This document shows, piece after piece, positions 26,059 to 40,218 of a stretch of DNA of 64,000 bases. The DNA lies in the NCBI RefSeq assembly GCF_964204645.1, contig NC_134028.1, positions 18,545,653-18,609,652 on the forward strand. The letters are read 5' to 3'. Position 1 is the first letter of the stretch. The number at the start of each line of letters is the position of its first letter. This DNA comes from Tubulanus polymorphus (taxonomy: Eukaryota; Animalia; Nemertea). Position numbers and translations under genes: made by a program. Below the pieces are notes generated by a model. That model worked only from the letters and a program-made list of their open reading frames with translations, was not told where the DNA came from and ran no database searches.

Positions 26059-26832
26059 ACTGATGCTAGGTATCCCCATGTCGCGATGTTCGACGACCTT
26101 AGAATCGGTTTAAAGACCACCCTAAAAATCGACCGGGCGTTAGGGTTAGGCTTAAGTTAGAGTCATTGGCCTTGGGGCGCGGTTGACTTGGTCGTTTTTC
26201 GAGTGGTTTCCAAGCCCTCGGGGTCCAACTTTACCGCCCTACCATTGGTAATTGACATCGGGTACCCCGAGTCCATACCCGGTCTACCATTCGGTAATTT
26301 GGCGTCGACGTCGACCGACTATAAGGCGTTTTTTAAAGCCGCTCAAAATAGCCGACGGCAAAAAACGCGTTTCGGAAATCCTCTGGACCCTCTTCTCACC
26401 CTCTTGACACTAATCCTCTCCTCTCTAGACCATAATCCTAAATTCGATATAAAACCGATGTAAATATAGAATTTACGACTGCTTTACGACGCCGTAAATA
26501 TAGCCACTTTGTTCAGGGTAGGCCTAAAAAACATGTTTTTTACTAGTCTGAATACCAGTCATTATTACCAGTTCCCTACAACGTCTGACGCTTAAAGTAT
26601 CATAAAGAGGTTAACTCCTGTTAATTGCAATGTAACAACTGAAAAAATTATCGCTGGTTTTAAGTGAATCCTCCATGAACGCATTGTAGAACTCACCAAT
26701 GAATGTAAAGCGCTCACGCGGAGTAACGCCCAGGAATGTGCGACTCCCCCCAATGACACACCGCAGTCAGTCGCCCCTTTTCGGCTTGCTAACCACTATT
26801 CGAAGAACAATGAAGCTGACAGACATGAACCG

Positions 26833-27399
26833 GTGGCTGAAACGGTCACTCTGTTTTTGGGGGAAAGCATGTCAAAATTTATTGACTTAAAACAAATCGA
26901 AAACAGCTATAGGAAACCAATCGAGGTCCGGAAAGCAGCAAGAATTAAGAGCATCCCTAAAGGAGAAGAAATCTCGAAATCCTTCCAGAACGTAATTATT
27001 CAAACGGGTGTCAATGATTTGCGTAACCCAAAAGAGGGAGTGGAGCCAATTTCGACGGCCTTTGTTGATCGAGTGAATGATATTTCGATTCGTGATGGTT
27101 GCATGATCCTAGTGTGTTTACCGATTGTGTCCATGGTCGATCCGTTCAACTATCGTTCGTCTGATCGTAATCCATTCGACTGTAGTCCGTCCGACCGTGA
27201 TCCGCTTGATGGTAGTCTGTCCAACAGCAACCTGCTCGTCCGTAGTCGTCGGGTCGTTACCCGCCCTACGATAGTCCATCTGGTAGTAATCCGTCTGATC
27301 ACAAACGGCTTGGTCATAAACCACACGCTCGTAATTCGTCTAGAAGAGGGAACCGAAACCCCCCTAATAGAAATACCAGCTGTGTCACAGATCATCTAA
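26833..27399 (+). pseudogene. LINE ORF1 remnant with SGNH/esterase-like motifs
   Basis: LFLGESM (GDS-like) and IIQTGVND blocks, upstream of the ORF2 remnant. Confidence 0.6.
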
Positions 27400-27802
27400 G
27401 ACATGACAGCCACCATGACATCAAGGGGAACTCCGCTCTCCTGATTAAAACTCTTATCCACGCGTTAAATAAATCGTGATGAAGCTCGGTGCTTTTCATC
27501 GCGTGGTACAGGATACGTCCTATAGTCATTAGTTAGAGATAAAGAAAAAACCGCATCGGCGAAAAAAATACGAAATGGAAGAAAGAAAATTGTATCAATG
27601 TTAGTTCTTTTATCCCTATACATATATGTTCTGATACAACTTAACGCATACTAGATCAAAGAACCCTTATCGGTGCATTTTCAGATTCGAACTAATAAGT
27701 AAAAGCATTTAAGTACTCAGTTTTGAATCTCTTTTATCAATGTATGTGCAGTTTCAACCAAGTGTTATCACCAAATATTTGGTTTTGTATCTTTTTTTTT
27801 TT

Positions 27803-27980
27803 ATGTATGTTCAGATAAAGCATATCAAATTCTATCATAAGTATTCGGTTATGTATGTTTTTAATGTATGTTCAGATACAGCATATCAAATTCTATCATA
27901 AGTATTCAGTTATGTATCTGTTTTTAATGTATGTTCAGATACAGCATATCCAACTCTATCATATGAATTAGGTTATGTAT
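27803..27980. repeat. ~60-bp tandem repeat x3
   Basis: ATGTATGTTCAGATA.AGCATATC.AA.TCTATCATA occurs three times. Confidence 0.85.
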
Positions 27981-28660
27981 CTCTTATATCACTTTTTAAT
28001 AACCACAATGTATATAGAACTATGAACATAAGGTCTCTTAGAATGCTGATTGAAGCATTGCTTTACGGGTTTGTGTTTTAAAGAAGAACCAAAGCCTTCG
28101 TGTAAACAGTACAAGTTTATTTTATCCCATTTGTGACTTTAGTGTCAACTAAAAATTGTTACTGGTTGTAAGTCTAATCACCCTGTTACTATCATTCCTC
28201 AGGTGCTCTTGAAGTATACTTATTACTGGCTTTTAATTTTACTATGTCTTGTAATAATAGGTATAAGCTTTCAGTGAGTAGTTGGAACTTTCATGGTTTG
28301 TAATACACTGACGAAGATAATGTTCTTATGTGTAAGTTGGATGATCCTCACTTTTCTTTGAATTTCAAGGAGGACATAATTTGCTTACAAGAAATTAAAG
28401 CGGGTGAAAGGGATGTTTGATCTCTTGAAGGGTATCTTTCTTTAAATAAGGTTAGAAAGAAGCGTGAGACAATACTCCTCGTTCTCTATGAAAAATAAGG
28501 AGTATTTAAATACGTTGGAGAAAATTGAAATTGATATTTGTAACTATTCTCAAGAAGGTGATATTTTGATATTAGGAGACCTAAATGCTAACATTAATTG
28601 TAACGACCTCGACTATATAATTGCGGATGATGAGGAGAATTGGAAATCCAACATCCCCCT

Positions 28661-28855
28661 GCTCTGTATATATACCCCCGTTTTTAATCTTAATCTCACA
28701 CCTGACGATGATCTCTAGGGTGAGATCGAAACGTCGTGTCTTTTATATATTTTTGATTGAATAAATAAATTCTGGTTTTTAAATTCTTTTAATCTGTAAA
28801 TAGTGGGATTTTATCTTATTATCCGTTCACCACGTTTGAGTGTGGTTATCGTTCT
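28661..28855 (+). mobile_element. Short Penelope-like (pLTR) or retrozyme fragment inserted in the LINE
   Basis: Flanked by the 8-bp direct repeat ATCCCCCT (28653-28660, 28856-28863). Contains a hammerhead motif and AATAAA. Confidence 0.7.
28698..28739 (+). ncRNA. Minimal type I hammerhead ribozyme
   Basis: ACAC-CTGACGA-T-GATCTC-tagggt-GAGATC-GAAA-CGTC-GTGT: conserved CUGANGA and GAAA core, 6-bp stem II, stem I ACAC/GTGT, palindromic ACGT in place of stem III, GUC cleavage triplet. Confidence 0.85.
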
Positions 28856-30557
28856 ATCCCCCTCCTGCCTTCATATAGGCCTATATGCAACTCTGTTCTA
28901 TTAAAATGGAATTCCACAAAAGATGTCCCCACGGATGCTCACGGAAACCAAGTGCTGGACCATTCTGGCCCACAACAGCTATACGGACAAGGAAGGGGTA
29001 GAAAATATGACCAAAGAAATGGTGGAGGTTTTTGGCTAAGTTTAAGACACCTTGGGTGTGTCGGAAGTGGACCAACACCTCAAATGAATATAACTTCAAA
29101 CATAAACCTCGGTTCAATGATAGATGTAAGACAATGAAAAGAACCCTGACTAAACTGGCTAGTCACATCTCGAAGGAACCTCAAAATAAGAGTTTAATTG
29201 CCCAATATTATTTACTTAAAAAAGATTATAAGAAATCATTGAAAAAGGCTAATAGAGAATATAGAAACACTATTTTTGATAGCCTTAGTAAACTAGAGGG
29301 TAAAAACCCCAAAGCGTTTTGGGATATAATTAATAACTCAAGAATGGGGATTCCATGTCTAAAGCTAATAACGTATCCCCGTACGAATGGTTCACTAATT
29401 TCAAAAAAATTTTTTCATCTTCTTACCCAGATCTTGATAATTTGCCCGGAAAGACAAACTTCACGTGCCTGGACAATGGTGAGTTTACGTCCGAGGAAGT
29501 GCAAAAAGCCATTAATACATTAAAAAATGGTACTAGCGCCGGTTTGGATGGTTTACGGAATGAAATGTTAAAAGGCATAAACGACATAGTGTTAAAATGT
29601 TTAGTAAAGCTATTCAATCTGATTTATATGTAATGGTACCTACCCTAATGATTGGAGGAACTGTGTCGTAAAACCCATATTTAAGGCTGGTAGCCCCAGT
29701 GACTTAGGAAGCGTCATAGACACTATTGTAAGTACCAGAGGGGGAATCCCCTTTTAACCAAAATGGCGGAAATTCCGTCTGCTGCGCGCGATTTTGAATT
29801 TGGATATTCCGGAGTGAATGAGTTAAGATATAATCTCTCCCAACGCCTAGATTCTTTCACCAGTTTTAATGATCTTGATGATGGGTGTAAAAGCGTCCTT
29901 CTGGTCAGCTCAGAAGAAACTGACATCCTGATACCTTCAATTCAATATGTCGGTGATTGTTTTAGGGCCAGGGTTACCATTAATAATAATGTTTTATTAA
30001 TTAATAACCTAGTAATCTCTTGTGTAGCCAGTCTTAGCCAGACTGAACCTGTACAGAACTCACTGTTTTCAAAAGCTTTGCATTTGATGTTTTAATGCAC
30101 GTTATATTTTATGTAGGCCTATCAATCTCCTAAAATGAAAATTTCATTCTGTCTGTCCACTTTATTGTTACTAAACCAATGGTGATGTTAAATTACTAAG
30201 GATCAATAAAGTTAATTTGTATTTCTATTTCTATTTGTAATGGCCTACAAGCCATTTGGCAAATTACTATTGATAAAGATGTAGAATGGCTTCCTGTGAT
30301 TATATAATGAGCTCTATTTGAACGTTGAAATGTTATAGCCCTATCGCATTGAAAATCATTAGAAGATGTTTTGTAATAGTAAAGGATATATGATTATATC
30401 AGAAGCGGCAGGCATAAATAGAAATGATAAGTAAATCGGATTATTCGGTCAAAATGGCGGATGTATACACGATACAGGTTTCTTGAGATTAGCAATTTAT
30501 AATAGCATAGGCCTAGCTGTCATATACGGCTCCGCGTTCTCTGATGGCATGTGTAGG

Positions 30558-33155
30558 CAGGGTCTTAGCCAGCACCCGTCCTACCCCTCATTTACGACGG
30601 GGAGAAAATGAAAAACATAAATTGACGGGACGGGAAAATTTCAGTCTAGACGGGTCAGAATGTAAAGCTTTTCTTAAATATGACGGGCTGGAATATTAGA
30701 ATAAAGAATGCATCTTCCAGGAAAAAGTCTCTTCTCGACCACTGCCAGTCTGTGGATCATCGTCACGCAGTTGAGATGAACGACCCTAATCAGCAGAAGT
30801 TCGTTGATGACTCAAAAGAATAACACAGCCGGTATATCATTTAAATGCAGCTGTTGCTGGTTTGAAAACTGTGTATTTCTGCGTAATGAATGAATTGCCA
30901 AATAGTAAGTTTAAGCCTCTACAATCATGGGGACGCAACATGGGCATAAAAGAACTCCATGACCTACGAAAAGGACGAAATGCTTCTCACAATTCTCCTG
31001 AAACATTTAACGAGGTGAATAGACATTTTTTTTAATATCGCATTCTAAAGAACTTCAAAATCATACAAACATTTTAATTCAATATGATATGTATTCTCCA
31101 CTGGTCGGTATGTTTGACATTAATTAACTTTCAGATGTTACACTGCTTGAGTGATGTCCTCGATGATTAATTAAAAGAAATCCTGAAAAAATCACCCTTC
31201 CTAGGAATTGGCATGGATGAAAGTACTGACAGGTCATCCGAGCAACATTCAGTCATCATCATTCGGTATGTATTAATTCTCTTCAGTTCAGTAGTGATAA
31301 CTATATCTAGTCACAGCACAATGAAAACTTGTGAAAAATATTTTTTTCAGATACATAAATCCAGATTCAGCATATGTCGTTACAACTTATCTGAAAATGA
31401 AAGAATTAAAAGATGGTTCAGCATCAAGTATATACAATACATTACTATCAGTTTTGGGGGATTATGGTTTAAACCCAACGTCTATAATTGGCTTTGGCTT
31501 GGATGGAGCCAGTGTATTCACTGGTCGAGAAAATGGCGTTGCGAAAAAACTATACAATGATAATCCATTTGCAATCCCTGTACCACAGATTACACCTTGC
31601 CATCAGTCAAGTGTGCAAGAATATTCGAGATATGAAGGTAAATTAGTCATTCAAAATTCTTCTTTCAACTAAAAGATACATGTATTAACATAACTTGTCT
31701 TATAATTGCAGGTTTTAACCACCATGGTATCTACAATTTATACCTTCATCCAGCTATCCCCGAGAAGACTGGTCATGTTTAAGGACATGGCAGAACTTTT
31801 GGAAGTTGATTCATTGAAATTCAAAAAACTGTTTGAAATCAGATGGCTCTCACTTGGTGAATGTCTGGGATCAATTATTCGTAATTATGAACCACTCACT
31901 TTGCTTGTGTCCCAAGAAGCTGGAGAAGGCGATGCAACAGCAACTGGGCTCTATCAACAGTTGACATCATACAAGTACCTTGCACTTCTTCATATGGTGG
32001 CTGATGTAACAAATGCGTTGAATCACCTCTCAAAAATCTTTCAGTACAGGGACGTTTCATTCAGTGCAGTGAAATCAGCTGTAAGCAAAAATTTATAACC
32101 TGTTTATATCCATTTGTTCTAACATATAGGCCTATGACTAAAAGTTTTTTTAGACATTGTTTTTTTTTAAATATATTTTGATTTGTTTTATTACGGAATT
32201 CTCTTAAGCTCGAAGACTGTAAATCTTCAATACGAGATATGATTGACCACAATGGGGATAATCTGACTGAGTTCCAGGAAAGTTTTGACCTCAATGGACA
32301 ATATAAGGGCAATAATATTACAACAGCAGCACCAGGTCGGAGAGCAGCTGGTGGTGATGCAGCTGAAGGAAACCAAATTGCCCAGTTTAGGAGATTGAGA
32401 GCTACTGTTCTCAACAGTCTCTTAGACAATCTAGAACAGCGATTTCCAGCCATTGATTTGATTGATGCAATGCAGGTAGGCCTTACCAAGATGATTTTTA
32501 CAGTTACAATGAACATATATTTGTGTATAATCATTGTGTTGTTTACCTGAAATTTCTTTTAGATCTTTGATTGTAAATCACTGCCTGAAGATAACCTGCT
32601 GCAATGGGGTGTTGCCCACTTGGCTACTCTATTACGTCACTTTGGAGAGGAGAAAGTGGTTGATAACAGAGTATTTCCCCCATTAGTAGATGCTGAGGTA
32701 GGCTTTTCGTATTAGGGCTGGTACTGCACTCATTCCTTTGCAAACTTGTAATTTATTCATCTACTCATTGTAGATGTGTCGTCAAGAATTCCTGATGTTC
32801 AAACGTGTAATGGTGCGGCACAGCCTTGTTGATGAACAACAACATCGCAGAAGGAGACCTCTTGAACTATTCAAGGTCCTTTTTGAGAATCATGAGCACA
32901 GAGAGCTGTTTCAAGGTACCTTACTTCATAAATTACATTAACCAAAACAAAACCGATTTTCTAAATGTTCTCAGAACCGAACTAAAATCATTTTCAGGGA
33001 TGTACAAGCTATTTTCCTTTTGCTGCTTGGTAATGATGGGCAATGCTGAAGCCGAGAGGGCGTTTTCTGTTCAAAACAGAGTCAAGACAAACCTGAGAAA
33101 CCGCCTAAGTATAATTCAGCTAGATCGCCTTATTCGAGTGATATATGCAGACCCC
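30558..33155 (+). pseudogene. Decayed intron-containing hAT transposase (ZNF862-like); one probable TIR end (CAGGG at 30558)
   Basis: GMDESTD, FGLDGASVFTG..NGV, EIRWLS, NAEAERAFS.QN..KT.LRNRL dimerisation domain, GT-AG introns, stops and frameshifts. The right end was not found. Confidence 0.85.
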
Positions 33156-33317
33156 ACGCAGGGGCGTAGGAACGTCTCGGGCCTACGCCGCTCCGTGTCA
33201 ATACAGTATCATCATAGCTACATTTATTAGTTGGGCCCCCCTAAATTTGGCTCTAGATCCTCCCCTGGATCGTCACAATTTTTGAACCAGGCGCCATATT
33301 GGATGGGTCGATCTGAA

Positions 33318-34253
33318 CACAGGGGCTTGTAAACTGGCTTGGATTTTACTTCCGTGTTGTTGATAATCTCGCGAGAATGGCGCTAAATTTAAACTGCAAA
33401 TAAATTCAAAATATCACAGAAATACCTCTTGTTGATTGATGTTGTTTATTTATCCACTATAGAGTTTCGATAAACAATTGGCTGTTAAGGATCAGTATCA
33501 GCGGGCGCGACACCTTACTATATTAAAATAACAAGGGATGAAACGGCTTCGCTTTTGCCTGTGACCGTATTGATGCGGCGGAAACCACTGGGCATGCGCG
33601 GCAACTTCCGAGCGCAAGTGAGCTGTCAATCAAACAACACATTATAGTTTTTCTACATCAATTAAAAAATTGATAATTTCCTTAGAAGTGTGATTGCCTT
33701 GGCTTGACATAGGTTTTTGAGAAGAATCAATTGATCTTGAACTGATCTTAACCTTTCGGAAAGTTGCCGCGCATGCGCAGTGGTTTCCGCCGCATCAATA
33801 CGGTCACAGGCAAAAGCGAAGCCGTTTCATCCCTTGTTATTTTAATATAGTAAGGTGTCGCGCCCGCTGATACTGATCCTTAACAGCCAATTGTTTATCG
33901 AAACTCTATAGTGGATAAATAAACAACATCAACAAGAGGTATTTCTGTGATATTTTGAATTTATTCATCAGAATGTCACGTGACTGTCCCAACTTTCTGG
34001 CTGAAAATTTAAGTACAGCGGAGGCCTGGCGTTTCATCCCTTGTGATTTTATATAGTAAAGCGTGACGACCGTCTGATAATGATTCTTAACGACCAATTG
34101 TTTATCAGAACTTTATAGCGGATAAATAAACAATATAAACACAAGGTATTTCCGTGATATTTTGAATTTATTCGCGGTTCATATTTAGCGCCATTCTCGC
34201 GAGATTATCAACAACCCGGAAATAAAATCCAAGCCCATCGCCAAACCCCTGTG
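33318..34253. mobile_element. Foldback/MITE-like element with long inverted repeats
   Basis: Left arm 33318-33611 is mirrored near-perfectly at ~33756-33966 and again, more diverged, at ~34030-34253. Termini CACAGGGG/CCCCTGTG. No TSD seen. Confidence 0.8.
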
Positions 34254-34256
34254 GCC

Positions 34257-34349
34257 TAGATCATCCAGTAGGCCTATCCCTGGTCCTTATATAGGCCTAC
34301 ATAAAAAGTTCTTTTTATATATATAGGACCAGGGATACTGGATGATCTA
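34257..34349. repeat. Short hairpin element (~39-bp arms) with two GGCCTA insertions in the left arm
   Basis: TAGATCATCCAGTA[GGCCTA]TCCCTGGTCC.. versus ..GGACCAGGGATACTGGATGATCTA. Confidence 0.85.
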
Positions 34350-35104
34350 AGCTACAGTTCACCCCCAAACTTATGATACGAGCCCCTGTGAATTCAACAT
34401 TAGCTTATCCCAGAAATTCTAACCCTTTTTTCGCAGCAGGCGTCAAATAATTTATTAAAATTATTTTCTTGTTACTTACTATTCATACATCGGCAAGGCG
34501 AATCCTTCGAATATGATATCCTCACAATACGTCAGATACGATGAAACATTACTTCAAAGGCTATATATTCCTTCGAGTGTCAGAATTACAAAAAAAAACA
34601 AATCCAGAGCGTCAGACGCTCAAAATAGGATTGATGTCTGTCTGCAGAGTTTCCAGAACCTGTCATGTCAGGTCCCGAAAAAACCCAAACTCATGACAAT
34701 ATTTGACGAAACGGCGAAATATCTAGGCATGTGCTAGACGAATGGAAGAACATTTTGAGTTGAATGAATATTCTGACCCGTCGTTAATAGCGAAAATGAT
34801 TCAACAATAACGATAAGGAAAATGTTGTGACAAATAATTCATTTGAAAGGTTGATTTATAAGAAGAAAATATTTATGTGTAAACTATGACTTATTTCTGT
34901 ATTAAAGGGAAAAGATAAGTTTCAGGCATAGATGAATTGATTAATGTAGAACTAAGAGCACATTATAAGAGCATTTTTTCGCTAGATGAATCGAGGTCTT
35001 GATATTTCGTTTCCGCAATAAGACACTGAAAATTATCTGCTCACTATCACAGTTCGGCAGACTGATTTTATTGAGACTGATTTTAAATCAACTCATCAAT
35101 TTAA

Positions 35105-35243
35105 AGCATGAAGTTTTTTTTCTATCTATATCAGTTTTAATGCAGACCTGTAGCCACAGGTCCCGAGAAGCTCTGTAAAATGGCGCGAGCTGCCGTGTGA
35201 GGTCTTGCTTCATAATTATTGTTTTATAGTAACTTAAGATTAA
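35105..35243. repeat. Partial unit of the ~190-bp satellite, left of Gypsy-2
   Basis: Same sequence as the units at 50385-51724. Confidence 0.9.
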
Positions 35244-35435
35244 TGTGATGGAATATGTCCATCAGTCGTTTTCTATGTTGTAACTGGAGGGTGCTGCCCT
35301 CTCTCTCGAAAATACAGAACAATAGGTGATTGTGTTAATATCTTTTGTCCGCCTTTTTACTGGTTTTTGGGCTCTCAGAGTCGATATTTGGAGGAAACTT
35401 CTACTGTGGAACAGGCAGAATAGGACCTCGTTACA
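35244..35435 (+). repeat. 5' LTR of Gypsy-2
   Basis: TGTGATGG...GTTACA, identical to 50193-50384. Confidence 0.97.
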
Positions 35436-35437
35436 TC

Positions 35438-35457
35438 TGGTGGCAGCGTAGTGGGAT
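35438..35457 (+). promoter_or_regulatory. Primer-binding site, tRNA-Leu type
   Basis: TGGTGGCAGCGtaGTGGGAT resembles the complement of a tRNA-Leu 3' end (TGGTGGCAGCGGTGGGAT). Confidence 0.8.
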
Positions 35458-36166
35458 TTGATTGTGAAAAAACCAGTTGAAATTGAGTTGAAGCGGTGAA
35501 CACGTTTTTCTCCGTTTAGTCTGTGTAAATTACTGTTACTTTTTGTGTGTACTTAACGTATTTTTTTTACCTACTTCGTAATTCCTAGTACATATTTAGT
35601 ATTTTTAAGTGCCTGTTTCCCCTACATTTATTTGCGGTCCTGTATTTTCTGTGTCATTTATATAAAAGAATAGTAATTATGTCGGATGTTGAGAATGATG
35701 TGTGTGAGCCCTTGGCCTTATCTAGGCCTATGTTAGGGATTTCAGGTTGAAAATTTCTATGTGTCCTATGTGTCTTTCTAATAGCTTAAAATGAAGAAGG
35801 GGATAGCATAAGCATACAGCACTTTACAGAATCGAAATTGGTCAAGCGGTTCAAAAGTTATAAGCAATCTAAGGGTGGAAATTTGGGGTATTTTTGTCAT
35901 TCGATTGCAGGGCTGCCAACCCTCCCGAATTATTCGGAATCCTCCCGATTTGCGTGAAGAAATTCCGACGATACGATCGGGTATACAAAATTCCGATTTT
36001 TTTTCCTTTTTCGGCGATGTCCAATTTTCCACCCGCCAGCGCGTTGTAACACAATATGATGACTTGGTAGAACAGAATTGAATAGGTGGGGAATATATAT
36101 GCACGCGCGCGGCGGATGAGTGCGTCGCTATATATACTGTGTACGTGGGTCAGGCGATAAACAGCG

Positions 36167-36809
<643 letters not shown>

Positions 36810-37345
36810 AGAGTAACTGTGTTATTGATTTTATCTACGCATGGCGCACGATTATTTCGTAGTAGGAGAGCAGCTTCTTAATTTGTTTCAAGAATCAAAA
36901 TAAAGTTCATTCGTTTTAAAATACGTTGTTTTAAATCATTCTTGTGAAAATATTATGACATGTGGCAAAATGTGATTGTTATTGTCAAATTGCTCTGCAT
37001 CGTTTCGGAGAAGAATTGGTTTACTGCGGTAATTAGCTCGTTTTCGCAACGCGATGAGCATTCGAAGATCCGGGTTAGATTTCAACGTGTGGACTCGTTA
37101 TTTGTGGTTGAATTGTTTCGGTAAGCAATTGCTTTGTTAGTTTGAACCTTAATGTTGTCACTCTTGTATTAGTTTGATTTAAAAAGATAATTTAAGATGC
37201 TTTTGAGCAGTGCATCTCAAAGTAAACTTTTAGTTCGCATATTTGGCAGATGGCAGCACCATCGAGTTGCATGTAGATTTAGAGACTTTTTACTGTTTGT
37301 ATCTTTCAGTTCTGTACGTGGAATTAATGCTGGAAATTAACAGAA

Positions 37346-40218
37346 ATGGATTTATTTACTGTCACTGAAACAGGATCTGAAGTTGAAGACGAAGAACCTT
37401 TTCCCTCCGATGTTGGTGATGACACCAATGACGATCGTGAGCCTCCTCCGAAAAAAACCAAAGAAAATGAATCTAGTAAAACGAAGCAGAGGTTTAAGAA
37501 CGAATATTCTCAGAAATATTCTTTTATTAAACCTAGTTCGCTAGGCCGTTATTACGCATACTGTGATAGATGTGGTTCGCATATCAACATATCGCATGGT
37601 GGCCTTAATGATATAGAAAAAAAACATTTTTCCACAACTAAACACAAGTCAGCAGCTAATGTAGAAAAAATCTCGAAGTTTTTTAGTACTTCGCAGGAGA
37701 AAGAAAGTTTGATCAAGGCTGAGACATTATTCACAGTCTTTGTGGTTATGAACAGTTTACCTCTCGCAGTTTCCGATAAGGCTGGGCAACTATTCAGAGA
37801 TATGTTCCCTGGCCATCCGAATGCTACGAATTATAAATGCGGTCGCACCAAAACAACTCATATTGTGAATGCGGTTGCGACTGATATCGTGTCATCTACT
37901 GTATCGAGATTGAAATCATCTCCCTTTGTTCTTGGTGTAGATGGTTCTACGTACAAACAAGAGACATATTATCCAATCGTTGTGAGATATGTGGATGAAC
38001 AGTTAGAAACAAAATTGGACCTGTTAGCTAACCCAATATGGAATCAGTCGCACACAGGAGAGGCAATATTTAATATAATCAAAGCAGAATTAGAAGTGAA
38101 CGCTATACCATGGGAGAATCTACTTTCGCTTGTGTGTGATAACACAAATAGCAATGTTGGAAGACACAAGGGTGTAATAAAATATGTTAGAGATCACCAA
38201 AAAGAGGTACACCTCGCTGGATGCGTTAATCATTTGCTCCATTTAGCATTGAAGAAAGGCCTGAATACAGCCATTAAGGTAACTAAGATTTTACTTTTGA
38301 TTTCATTTTCAATATGTAGTAATTTCACCATCTTCTAATTTTCATCAACTCAGAAACTCAGATAGGATAGCCTTATTCGTTCAGCTTACACGTGCTGCCT
38401 TATGGTTTACACATAATCAAATGACATAAACTCAATAAAGTTAAAGTTCTAGAAACTTGTAGTTGCTATTCTGCTGTACCATTGTTATACTTTCATCGTT
38501 TGAAATCGGTGCGCATATCTTTTGTTTACAGCCTTTATTTGACTTTGATGATCTATTACGCCAGCTGCATTGGTATGTAACCAAAACGAGTAAAAGATCT
38601 GCAAGTTTTCAAACCATCCAGAAGGAATGCGGCCTGCCAGATCATACGATACTGAAGCATGTGGCTACACGCTGGCTCAGTATGGGCCCAGCCCTTAGCA
38701 GGATGCTGGAACAATGGGAAGCGCTGAGGAGATATTTTGCGAAAGAGATAGGCCATGATACTGATGGAGATGATGATCAAGAGTTTCTCGACGATTTTGA
38801 TGATGGCCCTGTCACCGCAGGAGCGATAAAAACTAAATTACACAAGTTTTTCCAGAGACGCACATCAAAACTATACACTGCATTTCTGATTAAAGCGATC
38901 TCGGTAAGCATTATATCACCAAGTCATAACCCTAAATAATTAGGATTATAAACTTTTTTGTGTTTTATAGGGTCTTTCTTACTGATAAAAGATTTTATTT
39001 CACAAGCTCTTATGATTTCTTTTTTTACAGGTGTTTGAGAGCACAAATGGATACCTTGAAACTGAAAGTGCATTGGTTCACAAAGTGAAACGAATTTTGG
39101 AGCGACTTATGTACAGACTACTTCTCTGTATATGCAAGCCAGCAGCATTTAACCAGGGTTGTACACCTTACTCAATCGATTTCACCTCAAGGTATTTTTC
39201 ATCCATCCAGTGTCATTGTAATTCCTTTGTAAGTGAATAAATTTTTTTCACTGGAGTAGATTCTTTTAGGCCTACATAAAGAAATGTAGTGAGTTTCATT
39301 TGCATTACACTACTTCTTCTGCTGTTAACTATTATTAATGCTGTCTGATGTAACTTTTATTCAGCTCCTTGCATATGTATTTATGATAATTTTCTTTACC
39401 CCTAGGTATAATATAAAAGACAAAAAAGACCTGTTCATAGGGGATGAGGCTCGGAAATTGGTGGAAACAGTCACTGACGAAACCAAGAAGAAATTCTATC
39501 AGGATGTTGTGAAGTTTTATTCAGCTGCCTGCACCTACCTGAAGGAGAAGGTGAATCCAAAAGACCAGCCTCTTTGGAGTCATGCTGAGGTAAAATATTC
39601 ATTGAATTTGAGAACTCAAAAGAGTATTTATTCTTTCGTAATTGTATTGTTTCATAGACTTATCAACTTTTGTGTAACGATTGATAATAATAATTTTTGT
39701 AGGTAGCTGATCCACTGATGCGTAAGGTTAGATCATTCCAGTCAGTGATATACTTCATGGACAGATTCCCTGTAATTCTTGGAGATATTGTTTTTAGAGA
39801 TGACTTGGAAATCGAATATGCTGACTTCCAAACTTTGCATGATGATGATTTTCCATCTGGTTTCCATAGTCCACCAGCAAGGGCCGATGAAAAATCAAAA
39901 GAAGTGACTGTTGAGACACAATGGAAAATCATACATAAGATGTTGGATGATGTTGGGTCGATACGTTTCAGATTGCTGCCAAGGGTGATGTGTCATATAT
40001 TGCTTGTACCAGTCAGTAATGCTGGCTGCGAAAGAATTTTTAGTTTCGTAAGGAAGAACCGTACGGATTCAAGAGCAGCTTTGGGTCAGAAGACCTTGCA
40101 GTCACTGATGGTTATGAAAACATCCACACAATGCAAAGACTTTCAACCATCCTCAGATTTGCTTAAGAAAGTGAAAAGTGCGACATATAATGCTTTGAAT
40201 AATATTGATACAAACTAG
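37346..40218 (+). CDS. hAT transposase, 5 exons (37346-38278, 38532-38903, 39031-39191, 39406-39589, 39703-40218), 721 aa
   Basis: All introns are GT-AG and phase-compatible, with no internal stop. BED-like CDRC..H..H, LGVDGST (D), CDNTN (D), CVNH, TRWLS, SNAGCERIFS (E). Confidence 0.9.

Larger units (their letters stand above)
8560..26500 (+). mobile_element. Putative tyrosine-recombinase (Crypton-like) DNA element with nested Copia and BEL; ends approximate
   Basis: Spliced YR gene plus non-coding repeat blocks on both sides. The TTGGCCTTGG.GCACGGTTGACTT repeat at 18.1-18.9 kb resumes at 26166 on the far side of the BEL insertion. I could not find terminal repeats. Confidence 0.55.
28243..30095 (+). 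pseudogene. LINE ORF2 remnant (AP endonuclease + reverse transcriptase N-terminus)
   Basis: SSWNFHGL, DIICLQE, ILGDLNA (APE); NPKAFW, EEVQKAINTLKNGTSAGLDGLRNEMLK, P.DWR..V.PIFK.G (RT domain start). Confidence 0.9.
26640..30220 (+). mobile_element. Decayed non-LTR retrotransposon (LINE, RTEX/CR1-group-like), internally deleted
   Basis: ORF1 remnant followed by APE endonuclease and RT N-terminal remnants. Ends approximate. Confidence 0.8.

Noticed and set aside
18145-26160. Interstitial telomere array
   Set aside because: Only isolated 1-2-unit TTAGGG motifs inside palindromic repeat units, not a tandem array.
30558-33155. Domesticated ZNF862-like host gene
   Set aside because: Stops, frameshifts, 5' deletion and a TIR-like end indicate a dead transposon copy.
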